A stretch of 64,000 nucleotides of DNA from Clostridiales bacterium (GCA_012839295.1 DUNO01000019.1:52682-116681); one strand, 5' to 3'. Shown: positions 38,492-48,316, counted from the stretch's first letter. A program made the numbers and translations. The notes: generated by a model from the letters alone, not told the origin.

Positions 38492-40579
38492 ATGGAGAAT
38501 GATAATAAAACCAGCTTTTGGAAGGGCATTAGGGATAGGCTTTATACGGCTTGGAACAGGGATGTTAATGTTAATATGAATAACTTCTTTGGCTCTATGT
38601 TTTATCTGATTGTTTCCATTATGTATCTGGAAATAATTTTTCATGTCCTAATTTATCACAATGTTAATATAAAGATTATTTATCCAGTCCTATTTGCAGT
38701 TCCCTTTGGAATGGTGGTCAATTTTATCATTGGGCTATTTCCACCCAAGGTGAATAAGGCCTTGCTCTGGTGTATTATGGCTGCCATCACCCTGGTATTC
38801 TGTGTCCAGCTGGTTTACTATTCCATATTTAAGGTGTTTTTTTCCTTCCAGTCCGTAGGCCTTGCCGGAGATGCGTTTACAAATTTTGAGAAGGAGATCT
38901 TTGTTGCCCTGAAGGCGAACCTGGGAGGGATCATTTTATTATTGCTGCCATTCCTGCTGGGGCTCCTTGTGAACCAGCAAATTGACTTTTCACAGAGGGG
39001 CATAAAGGAACAGCTTGCCCTGGTGGCTACGGCCATCATCAGCCATGCAGTTGCGGTAGTAGCATTAATGGCCTTCGGCCGGGGGGATTATTCGCCCTAT
39101 GATTTATATTACCAGTCAAAGGTACCGGATCTGTGCGGCAAACAGCTGGGCGTCGTGACCATGACAAGGCTTGATATGGAAAAGCTTTTATTTGACCAGG
39201 AGGACCTGGTGCTGGCTGTGGAGCCGGGCAAGGCGCCGGATAAGAAGCCCCCCAGCACCCAGACTACCGGGGGAAAGAGGAAGGCGGCGGCAAAGACGCC
39301 CATCACCACTACGGAAGCGCCCACACCTACCCCTGTGGTGGAAGAGCCGAATGTCATGAGTATTGATTTTGAAGCACTTGCAAAGAATGAGTCAAATAAG
39401 ACCATTAAAAAGCTCCACCAGTATTTCGCTTCCGTCACACCGACCAATAAAAATAGATATACAGGCATGTTCAAGGGCTATAACCTGATCCTGATCACGG
39501 CAGAGGGTTTCTCCCCTTATGCCATAGATAAGGAGAAAACACCGACCTTATATAAAATGGTCAGGGAAGGCTTTGTCTTTAAGAATTTCTACACCGCCCT
39601 ATGGCAGACATCAACCAGTGACGGGGAGTATGTGGCATTAACGGGCCTGATACCCACTGGCACACGGAGCATGTACAAGGGCAGGAATAATCTATGGCCC
39701 TTTGCCCTTGGCCGCCAGTTTGATGCCCTTGGGGTGGCAAGCAAGGCCTACCATAACCACACCTACACCTATTACCAGCGGGATAAGACCCACCCGAACC
39801 TGGGATATATTTATAAGGGTCTGGGAAACGGGCTTAAGCTTAAGACAAAATCCTGGCCTGAATCAGACCTGGAAATGATGCAATCCACGGTGGACGACTA
39901 TATCGGGGAAGGCCAGTTCCATGCCTATTATATGACCGTCAGCGGACATATGAATTATACCTTTACGGGAAACAGTATGTCATCGAAAAATAGAAGCCTT
40001 GTGAAGGACCTTCCCTATTCAGAGGATGCCAAGGCCTATATTGCCTGCCAGGTGGAGTTGGACCGGGCATTGGAATATCTGATTAAGAGGCTGGAGGAAG
40101 CAGGGGTGGCAGACCGTACGGTCATCGCCCTCAGTGCGGATCATTATCCCTATGGCTGGGAGAAGGATAGGCTGGATGAATTGGCGGGACATGAGATTGA
40201 CCCGAACTTTGAGATTTATAAGAATCATTTTATCCTATGGAATCCGGGGATGACGAGGAATATCGTCGTTGATAAACCCTGCTCCAGTATGGATATTCTT
40301 CCCACCCTGTCCAACCTTTTCGGGTTGACCTATGATTCCAGGCTGCTCATGGGGCAGGATATCCTGTCGGATTCAGATCCCCTGGTATACCTCTCCAACA
40401 GGAGCTTCATTACGGATAAGGTTATGTATAATTCGGAGAACGGGAAAGCAATCTACCTGACGGATGAACCCGTATCGGAGGATTATATTGACAATATCAA
40501 TAATATGATTAAAAATAAATTTACAGTATCACAAAGTATTTTGGAAAATGATTATTACCGGTATGTATTTCCGGAGTAA
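38492..40579 (+). CDS. LTA synthase family protein (TM domain plus alkaline-phosphatase/sulfatase domain)
   Basis: Five N-terminal TM helices, Pro/Thr-rich linker, LILITAEG, TSTSDGEY (catalytic Thr), TVSGH, SADHYPYG, DILPTL. Confidence 0.88.
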   Translation: MENDNKTSFWKGIRDRLYTAWNRDVNVNMNNFFGSMFYLIVSIMYLEIIFHVLIYHNVNIKIIYPVLFAVPFGMVVNFIIGLFPPKVNKALLWCIMAAITLVFCVQLVYYSIFKVFFSFQSVGLAGDAFTNFEKEIFVALKANLGGIILLLLPFLLGLLVNQQIDFSQRGIKEQLALVATAIISHAVAVVALMAFGRGDYSPYDLYYQSKVPDLCGKQLGVVTMTRLDMEKLLFDQEDLVLAVEPGKAPDKKPPSTQTTGGKRKAAAKTPITTTEAPTPTPVVEEPNVMSIDFEALAKNESNKTIKKLHQYFASVTPTNKNRYTGMFKGYNLILITAEGFSPYAIDKEKTPTLYKMVREGFVFKNFYTALWQTSTSDGEYVALTGLIPTGTRSMYKGRNNLWPFALGRQFDALGVASKAYHNHTYTYYQRDKTHPNLGYIYKGLGNGLKLKTKSWPESDLEMMQSTVDDYIGEGQFHAYYMTVSGHMNYTFTGNSMSSKNRSLVKDLPYSEDAKAYIACQVELDRALEYLIKRLEEAGVADRTVIALSADHYPYGWEKDRLDELAGHEIDPNFEIYKNHFILWNPGMTRNIVVDKPCSSMDILPTLSNLFGLTYDSRLLMGQDILSDSDPLVYLSNRSFITDKVMYNSENGKAIYLTDEPVSEDYIDNINNMIKNKFTVSQSILENDYYRYVFPE

Positions 40580-40721
40580 AGTCCTCTTAATAGGCTGGGA
40601 GTAAAACCCTCTTATAGACTGGGGGAAAACTCTCCTATAGACTGGGGGGAAAACTCCCAATAGACCGGGAGTAAAACCTTCCTATGGATCAGGAAGAGAA
40701 CCCTCCTATGGATCAGGAGGG
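40573..40721 (+). repeat. Six degenerate 23-24-bp tandem units, each forming a short hairpin
   Basis: Units such as GGGAGTAAAACCCTCTTATAGACT, GGGGGAAAACTCTCCTATAGACT, GGGAGTAAAACCTTCCTATGGATC, AGGAAGAGAACCCTCCTATGGATC. Confidence 0.8.
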
Positions 40722-40763
40722 TTAGGCTTAATAGGCCTGGAAGGGCTGGAGGTGGTGATTTGT

Positions 40764-42002
40764 ATGGGCAATATCCTGGACTATGTTCTATGGCGGGGTG
40801 ATTTATCCTTTGATGCATCACCCTTTAATGAGGTTGACAATCTGATTCTTTCCAAGCTGAGTTACCTGAATTTCACGGGGATTGTGAGGGCGGACCAAAG
40901 CTATGGCATTCCCCTTGACCAGGCAGCAAAGGCGTATTTTGCCCTCGGCAAGAATGGGAATATCCAGCCGGGGGATATCATGAAGGAGGAGCTTTTGGAG
41001 CTGTTCCGGCTGATGGCGGACAGCAGGCGCTTTTCGGAGCTGATCCTGTCAAATTATGATGAGCAGATTGATTTAGAAAAGGAGATGCAGTTTGCGGCTC
41101 TGACCATCCATCTGGGAAATCATTGCTCCTATGTGGCCTTCCGGGGAACGGATGATACCCTGGTGGGCTGGAAGGAGGATTTCAACATGAGCGTCATGGA
41201 GGTGGTTCCCTCCCAAAAGGAGGCCTTGGCCTATTATCTTAGGATTGCAAAAACCTATGAAAACCACCGGTTTATCCTCGGGGGACATTCCAAGGGAGGC
41301 AACCTTGCCGTATTTGCGGCCGTACATGCACCACAACAGGAGCAGGCCCGGATTACTGCGGTGTATAATAACGATGGGCCAGGCTTTCACCGGTCCATGT
41401 TCCAGAGGGAAGAATACAAAAGAATCGCGGAGCGCATTGTTACGATTATTCCGCAGTCCTCCATCATTGGGATGCTGCTGGAGCATGAGGATAATTATAC
41501 CATCGTGAAAAGCTCCCAGAAGGGCTTCCTGCAGCATTTCGGTTACAACTGGGAGGTTCAGGGCACCAGCTTCGTCCATCTGAAAAATATAACCCAGGAA
41601 TCCCAGCTCCTCGACATCACCTTAAGGCGGTTCCTGTACAGCCTGTCCATTGAGCGCAGGGCCCAGTTTACGGATACTCTCTTTGAGATCCTGGCAAGTA
41701 ATGAAAACAGGACCTTAAATGATATCAGGGTTGGCTCCATACGGGCGTTGAAGGCGATGCTAAAGACCTATGAGAGTCTGGACAAGGATGTCAAAAAGGC
41801 AGTGAACAGCACCTTGACCTTACTTTTTGCGGAGGGTATCAGAAGTATTCGGGAGGTAAATAATTCGGAGGAGTGGAAGGGGAGGCTTCCGGTTATTAAC
41901 CTGAGCCTGCGCAAGCATAAGGAGAAATTGAAGGAAGAGCTGCGGCTAAAGGAAAAGGAGATTCAGCGAAAGCTTCTCCGGCTCGGCGGAAAGGATACAT
42001 AG
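40764..42002 (+). CDS. DUF2974 (Mbeg1-like) alpha/beta-hydrolase, putative lipase
   Basis: PFNEVDNLILSKLSY; AFRGTDDTLVGWKEDF; GGHSKGGNLA; NDGPGF; PQSSIIGMLL. Confidence 0.88.
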   Translation: MGNILDYVLWRGDLSFDASPFNEVDNLILSKLSYLNFTGIVRADQSYGIPLDQAAKAYFALGKNGNIQPGDIMKEELLELFRLMADSRRFSELILSNYDEQIDLEKEMQFAALTIHLGNHCSYVAFRGTDDTLVGWKEDFNMSVMEVVPSQKEALAYYLRIAKTYENHRFILGGHSKGGNLAVFAAVHAPQQEQARITAVYNNDGPGFHRSMFQREEYKRIAERIVTIIPQSSIIGMLLEHEDNYTIVKSSQKGFLQHFGYNWEVQGTSFVHLKNITQESQLLDITLRRFLYSLSIERRAQFTDTLFEILASNENRTLNDIRVGSIRALKAMLKTYESLDKDVKKAVNSTLTLLFAEGIRSIREVNNSEEWKGRLPVINLSLRKHKEKLKEELRLKEKEIQRKLLRLGGKDT

Positions 42003-42154
42003 CCATATATTTTATTAAAATAATTTTTTGCTTGCTTTTAAAATATGGATATGATAAGATAAGTCAACGGCAAAGGTGCTATCGAAGAGATAAGGCATCT
42101 TTGCGTTTTCTTATACTGAAAAAAGTATGGGAACAATAAAAATATGATATCGGC

Positions 42155-42447
42155 TGAGAAAGAGACTTTATTCTACCGAAGAACCGAAGGACAGGAATGG
42201 TGAGCCACCGACTGAGAGCACACCTATGGTGATAAGTAGGATACGGAACACTCTGGAGCCCGCGGATTGAAAGGAAAGAGTTAAAAATCTTTAGTAGGTT
42301 CGCGCGTTGCACGCGTTAAGTGTAGGAAAGCTGGGGAGCATATGCTCTCAATGCGGGTGGTACCGCGGGAATTCAAATTCTCGTCCCGAAGGAATACGGA
42401 CAGTTGGTCAGGATCAACTTGTTTGTAGCATCTTCGGGGCTTTTTTT
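42155..42447 (+). promoter_or_regulatory. T-box riboswitch with Asn (AAC) specifier
   Basis: Stem I: AGAG/CTCT and TATTCTAC/GTAGGATA flank the loop CGGAACA (AAC at 42247-42249). T-box AATGCGGGTGGTACCGCG (42350-42367) pairs with CGTCCCG. Terminator CCCGAAGG/TCTTCGGG with T7. Confidence 0.9.
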
Positions 42448-42510
42448 ATACCGATCCATCTTAGCCTCGAAGTTATGCAGAGATTAATTATGTTTAGGAG
42501 GTTTGGTAAG

Positions 42511-43845
42511 ATGGAATTTATTACAGGAATTCAGAAAAAAGAAACCAGTGAAATTAGTGATGTATTGAAGGGCGGATTTTCCGGGGATATTAAAATGCGC
42601 GGATATATCCATACTATTCGTGACATGGGTGAATTGGCTTTTGTTGTCCTGCGAAAAAGGGAAGGGCTGGTCCAATGTGTATATGAGGAAGGGGTCACCG
42701 GTTTTCCTTTAAGGGAGCTAAAGGAAGGAATGACCGTGGAGGTACAGGGTCTCCTCCATGGAGAGGAGCGTGCACCCCAGGGCTTCGAGGTACGCTTAAA
42801 GAGTATTGAGGTATTGACAAGTCCAAAGGAAGATACGATGCTTCCGATTCCTATCTCCAAATGGAAGATGAAAACCTCACTGGAGACCAAGCTAAATTAC
42901 CGCCCCATTTCCTTGCGCAATATCAGGGAAAGGGCAATCTTTAAGCTTCAGGAGGGGATTGGGAGAGGCTTCCGTGATTTCATGTTCTCCCAGGGCTTCA
43001 CCGAAATCCGTACCCCTAAGCTTGTGGCCGGCAACGCGGAAGGCGGGGCGAATGTATTCAAGCTGGAGTATTTCGGGAGCAAGGCCTTCCTGGCTCAAAG
43101 CCCCCAGTTTTACAAGCAGACCATGGTGGGAGTATATGACCGGGTATTTGAGGCCGCTCCTGTGTTCCGGGCGGAGAAGCATAATACTACGAGACATTTG
43201 AACGAGTACACCAGCCTGGATTTTGAAATGGGCTATATCGACGGTTTTGAGGATATCATGGCGATGGAGACTGAGTTGTTGAGGTATGTCTTTCATTTCC
43301 TTAAGGAAGCCTATGCTAAGGAGCTGAAGCTTCTTGAGGTGGAGCTTCCAAAGCTGGATAGTATCCCGGCGGTCCGCTTTAGTGAAGCAAAGGTTCTGAT
43401 ATCAGAAAAATATGGCCGTAAGATTAAGAATCCATACGACCTGGAGCCGGAGGAAGAGGTGCTGATCGGTAAGTATTTCAAGGAGGAGTATGGCAGTGAT
43501 TTTGTTTTTGTTACCCACTATCCCTCCAAGAAAAGACCCTTTTATGCCATGGATGACCCGGAGGATCATAAGTTCACCCTAAGCTTTGACCTGTTGTATA
43601 AGGGAATGGAGATTACGACGGGCGGACAGAGGATTCATGATTATGAAATGCAGGTTGCCAAAATGATGGCAAGGGGAATGAATCCTGAGGCTTTCACCAA
43701 TTTCTTAATGATCCATAAGCATGGAATGCCTCCCCACGGCGGACTTGGTATCGGCCTGGAGCGTCTGACCATGAAGCTCTTGGATGAGCAGAATGTCAGG
43801 GAGACGACCATGTTTCCAAGGGATGTATCCCGGCTGGAGCCTTAA
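42511..43845 (+). CDS. aspS: Short (archaeal-type) non-discriminating aspartyl-tRNA synthetase
   Basis: 444 aa; RAPQGFE anticodon-loop Pro; LAQSPQFYKQ; FRAEKHNTTRHLNEY; EITTGGQRIH; PPHGGLGIGLERL; followed by gatCAB. Confidence 0.92.
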   Translation: MEFITGIQKKETSEISDVLKGGFSGDIKMRGYIHTIRDMGELAFVVLRKREGLVQCVYEEGVTGFPLRELKEGMTVEVQGLLHGEERAPQGFEVRLKSIEVLTSPKEDTMLPIPISKWKMKTSLETKLNYRPISLRNIRERAIFKLQEGIGRGFRDFMFSQGFTEIRTPKLVAGNAEGGANVFKLEYFGSKAFLAQSPQFYKQTMVGVYDRVFEAAPVFRAEKHNTTRHLNEYTSLDFEMGYIDGFEDIMAMETELLRYVFHFLKEAYAKELKLLEVELPKLDSIPAVRFSEAKVLISEKYGRKIKNPYDLEPEEEVLIGKYFKEEYGSDFVFVTHYPSKKRPFYAMDDPEDHKFTLSFDLLYKGMEITTGGQRIHDYEMQVAKMMARGMNPEAFTNFLMIHKHGMPPHGGLGIGLERLTMKLLDEQNVRETTMFPRDVSRLEP

Positions 43846-43899
43846 GCGGAATAATTGGATATCAGGAAATACAGTGAAAGAAAAGGTAAAAGAGTCAGA

Positions 43900-44110
43900 T
43901 AAGAAAAGTTAGTTAAGAAAAGTCAGCAAATAAAAAAGTTAACTAAGGAAAGCCCACAAGAAAAGTTGACTAAGAAAAGCTGACCAAGAAAAGTTAACTA
44001 AGAAAAGCCGACTAAGAAAAGCCGACTAAGAAAAGCTAATTAAGAAAAGCTAATTAAGAAAAGCTAATTAGGAAAAGTAAAGTAGGAAAAATTGAGTAAA
44101 AAAAGCGGAT
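43900..44110 (+). repeat. About 15 tandem copies of a 14-bp unit (TAAGAAAAGYYRAY)
   Basis: For example TAAGAAAAGCCGAC x2 (43999-44026) and TAAGAAAAGCTAAT x3 (44027-44068), degenerate at both ends. Confidence 0.88.
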
Positions 44111-44156
44111 AGGCTAATGAAAATAAAGAAGCTAAGTAAGAAAGGCAGGTAATCAC

Positions 44157-44444
44157 ATGAAAATAACGGAAGATACCGTAAAATATGTTGCGGCCCTGGC
44201 TAAGCTGACTGTCTCTGAGGAGGAGCAGCAGAAGGTGGCCGAGGATTTGGACCGCATCCTGGATTATATTGAGACAATGAACGGTCTGGACACTGATGGC
44301 GTAGAGCCAATGTCCCACGTGCTCCCCATGAAGAACGTATTCCGCGAGGACATCGTTACGAACCGGGATGAGCGTGAGCAGCTGCTAAGGAATGCACCGA
44401 AGCAAAAGGATGGAAGCTTTGCAGTGCCTAAGACGGTTGAGTAG
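44157..44444 (+). CDS. gatC: Asp-tRNA(Asn)/Glu-tRNA(Gln) amidotransferase subunit C
   Basis: [10 protein letters not shown]; [11 protein letters not shown]; NVFRED; [13 protein letters not shown]. Confidence 0.95.
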   Translation: MKITEDTVKYVAALAKLTVSEEEQQKVAEDLDRILDYIETMNGLDTDGVEPMSHVLPMKNVFREDIVTNRDEREQLLRNAPKQKDGSFAVPKTVE

Positions 44445-44488
44445 ACAGGGTGATGAGTGGCCTGGGAGCCAAACGTTTGTTAGAGTGT

Positions 44489-44589
44489 CAGGAGGAGAAA
44501 GCTTCTAAAGAGCAGGAGGAGAAATCCTCCAAGAACAGGAGGAGAAATCCTCCAAGAACAGGAGGAGAAATCCTCCAAGAACAGGAGGA
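44489..44589 (+). repeat. 23-bp tandem repeat CAGGAGGAGAAATCCTCCAAGAA ending in the gatA RBS
   Basis: Degenerate copy at 44489, exact copies at 44513, 44536 and 44559, partial copy at 44582. Confidence 0.9.
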
Positions 44590-44594
44590 TTGTG

Positions 44595-46121
44595 ATGAAG
44601 GAATTAACAAAAATGTCTGCGCTGGAAATCGGCAGGATGATCAAGGCGAAGGAAATTACCGTTCTGGATGCCGTAAAAGCGCAGCTGGAAGTAATTAAAG
44701 AAAGGGATCCGGAGTACCGCTGCTTTATCACGGTATTGGAGGAAGAGGCTTATGCCCAGGCGGCAGAGGTCCAAAAGCGCATTGATGCAGGTGAGCTTGA
44801 GGATTCCCCTCTTGCCGGAGTTCCAATGGCAGTAAAGGATAATATTTGTACAAAGGGTATCAGGACTACCTGTGCATCTAAGATTTTATATAATTTTGAG
44901 CCCGTTTATGATGCAACTGTAATTGAAAAATTGAAAAGGGCAGGGGCGGTCATAATTGGAAAGACCAACATGGATGAGTTTGCCATGGGTAGTACCACTG
45001 AGACCTCCCATTTTGGCGAAACGAAGAATCCCTGGGACATCTCCTGTGTACCCGGCGGCTCCAGCGGCGGCTCAGCGGCGGCAGTTGCTGCAGAGGAAAT
45101 ATTCTATGCCTTAGGCTCCGATACCGGCGGCTCCATCCGCCAGCCTGCGGGCTACTGCGGTGTGGCGGGTATGAAGCCCACCTATGGTACCGTATCCCGT
45201 TACGGCCTAATCGCATATGCATCCTCCCTGGACCAGATCGGGACCTTTGGCAGGAATATCTCCGACTGTGCTGCAGCATTGGAAATTATCTCCGGTCATG
45301 ACGCGAAGGATTCCACATCCGTAAATGCGGAAGGCTTCCAGTATACCAAGTCCCTGGTGGATGATGTTAAGGGCTTGAGAATCGGCATTCCGAAGGATTA
45401 CCTGGGGACAGGCCTTGAAGAGGATGTAAAGGAAAGTATTTTAAAGGCGGCTGAGGTTTTCAGGAGCAAGGGGGCAATTGTAGAGGAGTTTGAGCTTCAC
45501 AGCGTGGATTATGCAGTGCCATCCTATTATGTAATCGCCTGTGCGGAAGCAAGCTCCAACCTATCCCGTTTTGACGGTGTAAAGTACGGCTACCGTTCGG
45601 CGAAGGCAGAGGGTCTTCAGGAGGTATATAAAAATACAAGAAGTGAGGGCTTTGGAAATGAGGTAAAACGCAGGATGATGATTGGAGCCTTCGTGCTAAG
45701 CTCCGGCTATTATGACGCATTTTATAACAAGGCCCTTAAGGTAAGGGCAATCATTAATGAGGGCTTTCAGAGGGCCTTTGAAAAATATGATATCATCCTT
45801 GGGCCGACAGCTCCCCAGACAGCTCCGGCGCTGGGAGAGAGCTTATCCGATCCGCTAAAGATGTACCTGTCCGATATCTATACCGTATCCGTCAACCTGG
45901 CAGGACTTCCCGCGGTCAGTATTCCCTGCGGGAGAGATTCCAGGGGGCTTCCCATCGGCATGCAGTTAATCGGAAGGCATTTTGGGGAAAATGAGATTAT
46001 ACGCGCTGCCTACAGCTTTGAGCAGTCGGAGCAATATGAAAGACCTGCTGCAATTGCAGCGGAAAGTAAGGAGGGCAAGTCCTCCGTATTACAGGAGGGA
46101 ATTGGACATGAAAGCATATGA
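44595..46121 (+). CDS. gatA: Amidotransferase subunit A
   Basis: LAGVPMAVKDNI; GKTNMDEFAMGS; PGGSSGGSAAA; GSDTGGSIRQPA; SSNLSRFDG; EVKRRMMIG. Confidence 0.96.
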   Translation: MKELTKMSALEIGRMIKAKEITVLDAVKAQLEVIKERDPEYRCFITVLEEEAYAQAAEVQKRIDAGELEDSPLAGVPMAVKDNICTKGIRTTCASKILYNFEPVYDATVIEKLKRAGAVIIGKTNMDEFAMGSTTETSHFGETKNPWDISCVPGGSSGGSAAAVAAEEIFYALGSDTGGSIRQPAGYCGVAGMKPTYGTVSRYGLIAYASSLDQIGTFGRNISDCAAALEIISGHDAKDSTSVNAEGFQYTKSLVDDVKGLRIGIPKDYLGTGLEEDVKESILKAAEVFRSKGAIVEEFELHSVDYAVPSYYVIACAEASSNLSRFDGVKYGYRSAKAEGLQEVYKNTRSEGFGNEVKRRMMIGAFVLSSGYYDAFYNKALKVRAIINEGFQRAFEKYDIILGPTAPQTAPALGESLSDPLKMYLSDIYTVSVNLAGLPAVSIPCGRDSRGLPIGMQLIGRHFGENEIIRAAYSFEQSEQYERPAAIAAESKEGKSSVLQEGIGHESI

Positions 46122-47544
46122 AACCGTCATTGGCCTGGAGGTTCATGTTGAGCTTGCCACCAAATCAAAGATATTTTGCGGGTGTACCACACAGTTCGGC
46201 GGCGACCCGAATACCCATGTGTGCCCCGTGTGCTCCGGCATGCCGGGTACCCTGCCCGTATTAAATAAGCAGGTAGTAGAATTTGCAATGGCAGCGGGGC
46301 TTGCCCTTAACTGCTCCATCACACAGAAATGTAAGTTTGACCGTAAGAATTATTTCTATCCCGATCTTCCAAAGGCTTACCAGATATCCCAGCTTTACCT
46401 GCCGATCTGCCGTGACGGCGGTATTGAGATCGAGACGGAGGCCGGTAAGAAGACAGTACGCATCCATGAGATCCATATGGAGGAGGATGCGGGTAAATTA
46501 GTGCATGATCCCTGGGAGGATTGCACCCTGGTTGACTATAACCGCTGCGGGGTTCCGTTGATTGAAATCGTAAGCGAGCCGGATATGAGGTCGGCAGAGG
46601 AAGTGATCGCCTACCTTGAAAAATTAAGGTTGATCCTGCAATATCTTGGGGTATCCGATTGTAAGATGCAGGAGGGATCCCTCCGTGCCGATATCAACCT
46701 TTCCGTCCGTGAGGTAGGGGTGCCGGAGTTTGGTACCAGGACGGAGATGAAGAATATGAACTCCTTTAAGGCAATTGGAAGGGCCATTGAAGGGGAGAGG
46801 AAACGCCAGATTGAGCTGCTGGAGGATGGAGGGAAGGTGATCCAGGAGACCAGGCGTTGGGATGACAACAAGGATACCAGCTTTGCCATGCGCTCCAAGG
46901 AGGATGCCCAGGATTACCGTTATTTCCCGGAGCCGGACCTGCCCCCGATTGAAATCAGTGATGAGTGGCTGCAGGCGGTGAGGGCACACCAGCCGGAGCT
47001 CCGCGATGAAAAAATGCTCCGGTATGAGAAGGAGTTTGGCATCCCGGAATATGATGCCCTGATTATTACCGGTTCTAAGCAGCTGGCAGATTTGTTTGAG
47101 AAGACCGTGGCATTATGCCAGAAGCCGAAGGAGGTATCCAACTGGTTAATGGTAGAGACCATGCGCTTATTAAAAGAGCAGGAGATGGATCCGGAGGAAA
47201 TTACCTTTACCCCGGCTCAGCTTGCAGGCTTGATTAAGCTGGTGGATGGCAATAAGATTAACCGTACTGTTGCGAAGGAGGTATTTGAGAAGGTTTTTAA
47301 GGAGAATGTTGACCCGGAGGCATATGTGGAGAAGCATGGGTTGGGCCTGGTGTCTGATGATGGGGTGCTCAGGTCTGCGATTCGGCAGGTGATAGAAAAC
47401 AATCCTCAGTCTGTCCGGGATTATATGGGCGGTAAGAGCAGAGCAATGGGCTTTCTTGTAGGGCAGGCTATGAAGGAGATGAAGGGGAAGGCGGATCCGG
47501 GGATGGTGAACCAGATTGTGAAGGAGATGTTGGATGCGATGTGA
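46108..47544 (+). CDS. gatB: Amidotransferase subunit B
   Basis: YETVIGLEVHVEL; FDRKNYFYPDLPKAYQISQ; IHMEEDAGK; DYNRCGVPLIEIVSEP; DYRYFPEPDL. Confidence 0.96.
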   Translation: MKAYETVIGLEVHVELATKSKIFCGCTTQFGGDPNTHVCPVCSGMPGTLPVLNKQVVEFAMAAGLALNCSITQKCKFDRKNYFYPDLPKAYQISQLYLPICRDGGIEIETEAGKKTVRIHEIHMEEDAGKLVHDPWEDCTLVDYNRCGVPLIEIVSEPDMRSAEEVIAYLEKLRLILQYLGVSDCKMQEGSLRADINLSVREVGVPEFGTRTEMKNMNSFKAIGRAIEGERKRQIELLEDGGKVIQETRRWDDNKDTSFAMRSKEDAQDYRYFPEPDLPPIEISDEWLQAVRAHQPELRDEKMLRYEKEFGIPEYDALIITGSKQLADLFEKTVALCQKPKEVSNWLMVETMRLLKEQEMDPEEITFTPAQLAGLIKLVDGNKINRTVAKEVFEKVFKENVDPEAYVEKHGLGLVSDDGVLRSAIRQVIENNPQSVRDYMGGKSRAMGFLVGQAMKEMKGKADPGMVNQIVKEMLDAM

Positions 47545-47583
47545 AAGATGTCGCCAGGAGCTGGAAAAAGGAAAGTGTGTGAA

Positions 47584-47789
47584 GGCTGTTGCATTTAGGT
47601 TATTAAGAGGAAGGAAGGGCTGGCAGCTCACCACACACGCTGTTTGACCGACGCATAGCCGGTTTTGTATGTCATAATCGGACATAGGAATGTCCGCCCC
47701 TGTCATACAAAACCGGCTATGCGTCGGTCAAACAGCGCATTTTGGTGAGCTGCCGGCCCTTCCTTTGGGTAGGTTTTGGGGCAACAGCC
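47584..47789. repeat. ~206-bp palindromic element (MITE/REP-like or structured RNA), copy 1
   Basis: Ends GGCTGTTG...CAACAGCC; 155-nt hairpin at 47611-47765 with a perfect 34-bp inner arm; second copy at 56515-56725. Confidence 0.85.
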
Positions 47790-47854
47790 AGCGTTAGGTG
47801 TGGATTACCTTCGGGGGACTTTGAGTGAAATTTGAGGGAATGGGGGCTATTATG

Positions 47855-48247
47855 TTATGGGATGGACGTTGGTAATTGTTTTATTTTTGATTCTATGGTT
47901 TTTATGATTTTGATGAATTCTTTGTCGGTTTTGCCGGTTGGGTCTTCAAGGCCCCAATCTTCACGGTGCTGGCAGGGTAGGCTTGGGCATGCTACATTGC
48001 AGCCCATTGTAATGACAATATCTACGGGCGGGATGTCGGACAGCAGCTTTGGATGCTGTGTTTTTTCCATGTCAATGCCATAGAGGTCTTTTATAAGCCG
48101 TACAGCGTCTTGGTTGATTTGGGGCTTTGTTTCTGTTCCGGCGGAATAGCACTCTAGTATATCTCCCGCAAAATGCTTGCAGAGGGCTTCTGCAATTTGG
48201 GAACGGCAGGAATTGTGTACACATATAAATGCAACCTTTTTTTTCAC
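47855..48247 (-). CDS. arsC: Arsenate reductase, thioredoxin-coupled (LMW-PTP fold)
   Basis: FICVHNSCRSQIAE; SAGT; ITMGC..ACP; DWGLEDP. Confidence 0.9.
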   Translation of the reverse strand: MKKKVAFICVHNSCRSQIAEALCKHFAGDILECYSAGTETKPQINQDAVRLIKDLYGIDMEKTQHPKLLSDIPPVDIVITMGCNVACPSLPCQHREDWGLEDPTGKTDKEFIKIIKTIESKIKQLPTSIP

Positions 48248-48316
48248 GATGGTTTACCTCCTTTTCTGGATAAGGCTAACTTTTGGTAGATAGGGCTATG
48301 CTGCTTTTTTATATGG

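Noticed and set aside
42147-42170. GCCGATAT on the minus strand as a sigma28 promoter
   Set aside because: The nearest TAAA is only 12 nt away and the site lies at the start of the T-box leader.
40573-44589. Repeat arrays at 40573, 43900 and 44489 as CRISPR arrays
   Set aside because: Units are directly tandem with no unique spacers, are too short or degenerate, and no cas genes are present.
44450-44731. ORFs 44450-44698 (+) and 44480-44731 (-)
   Set aside because: They are translations of the 23-bp repeat tract and overlap gatA.
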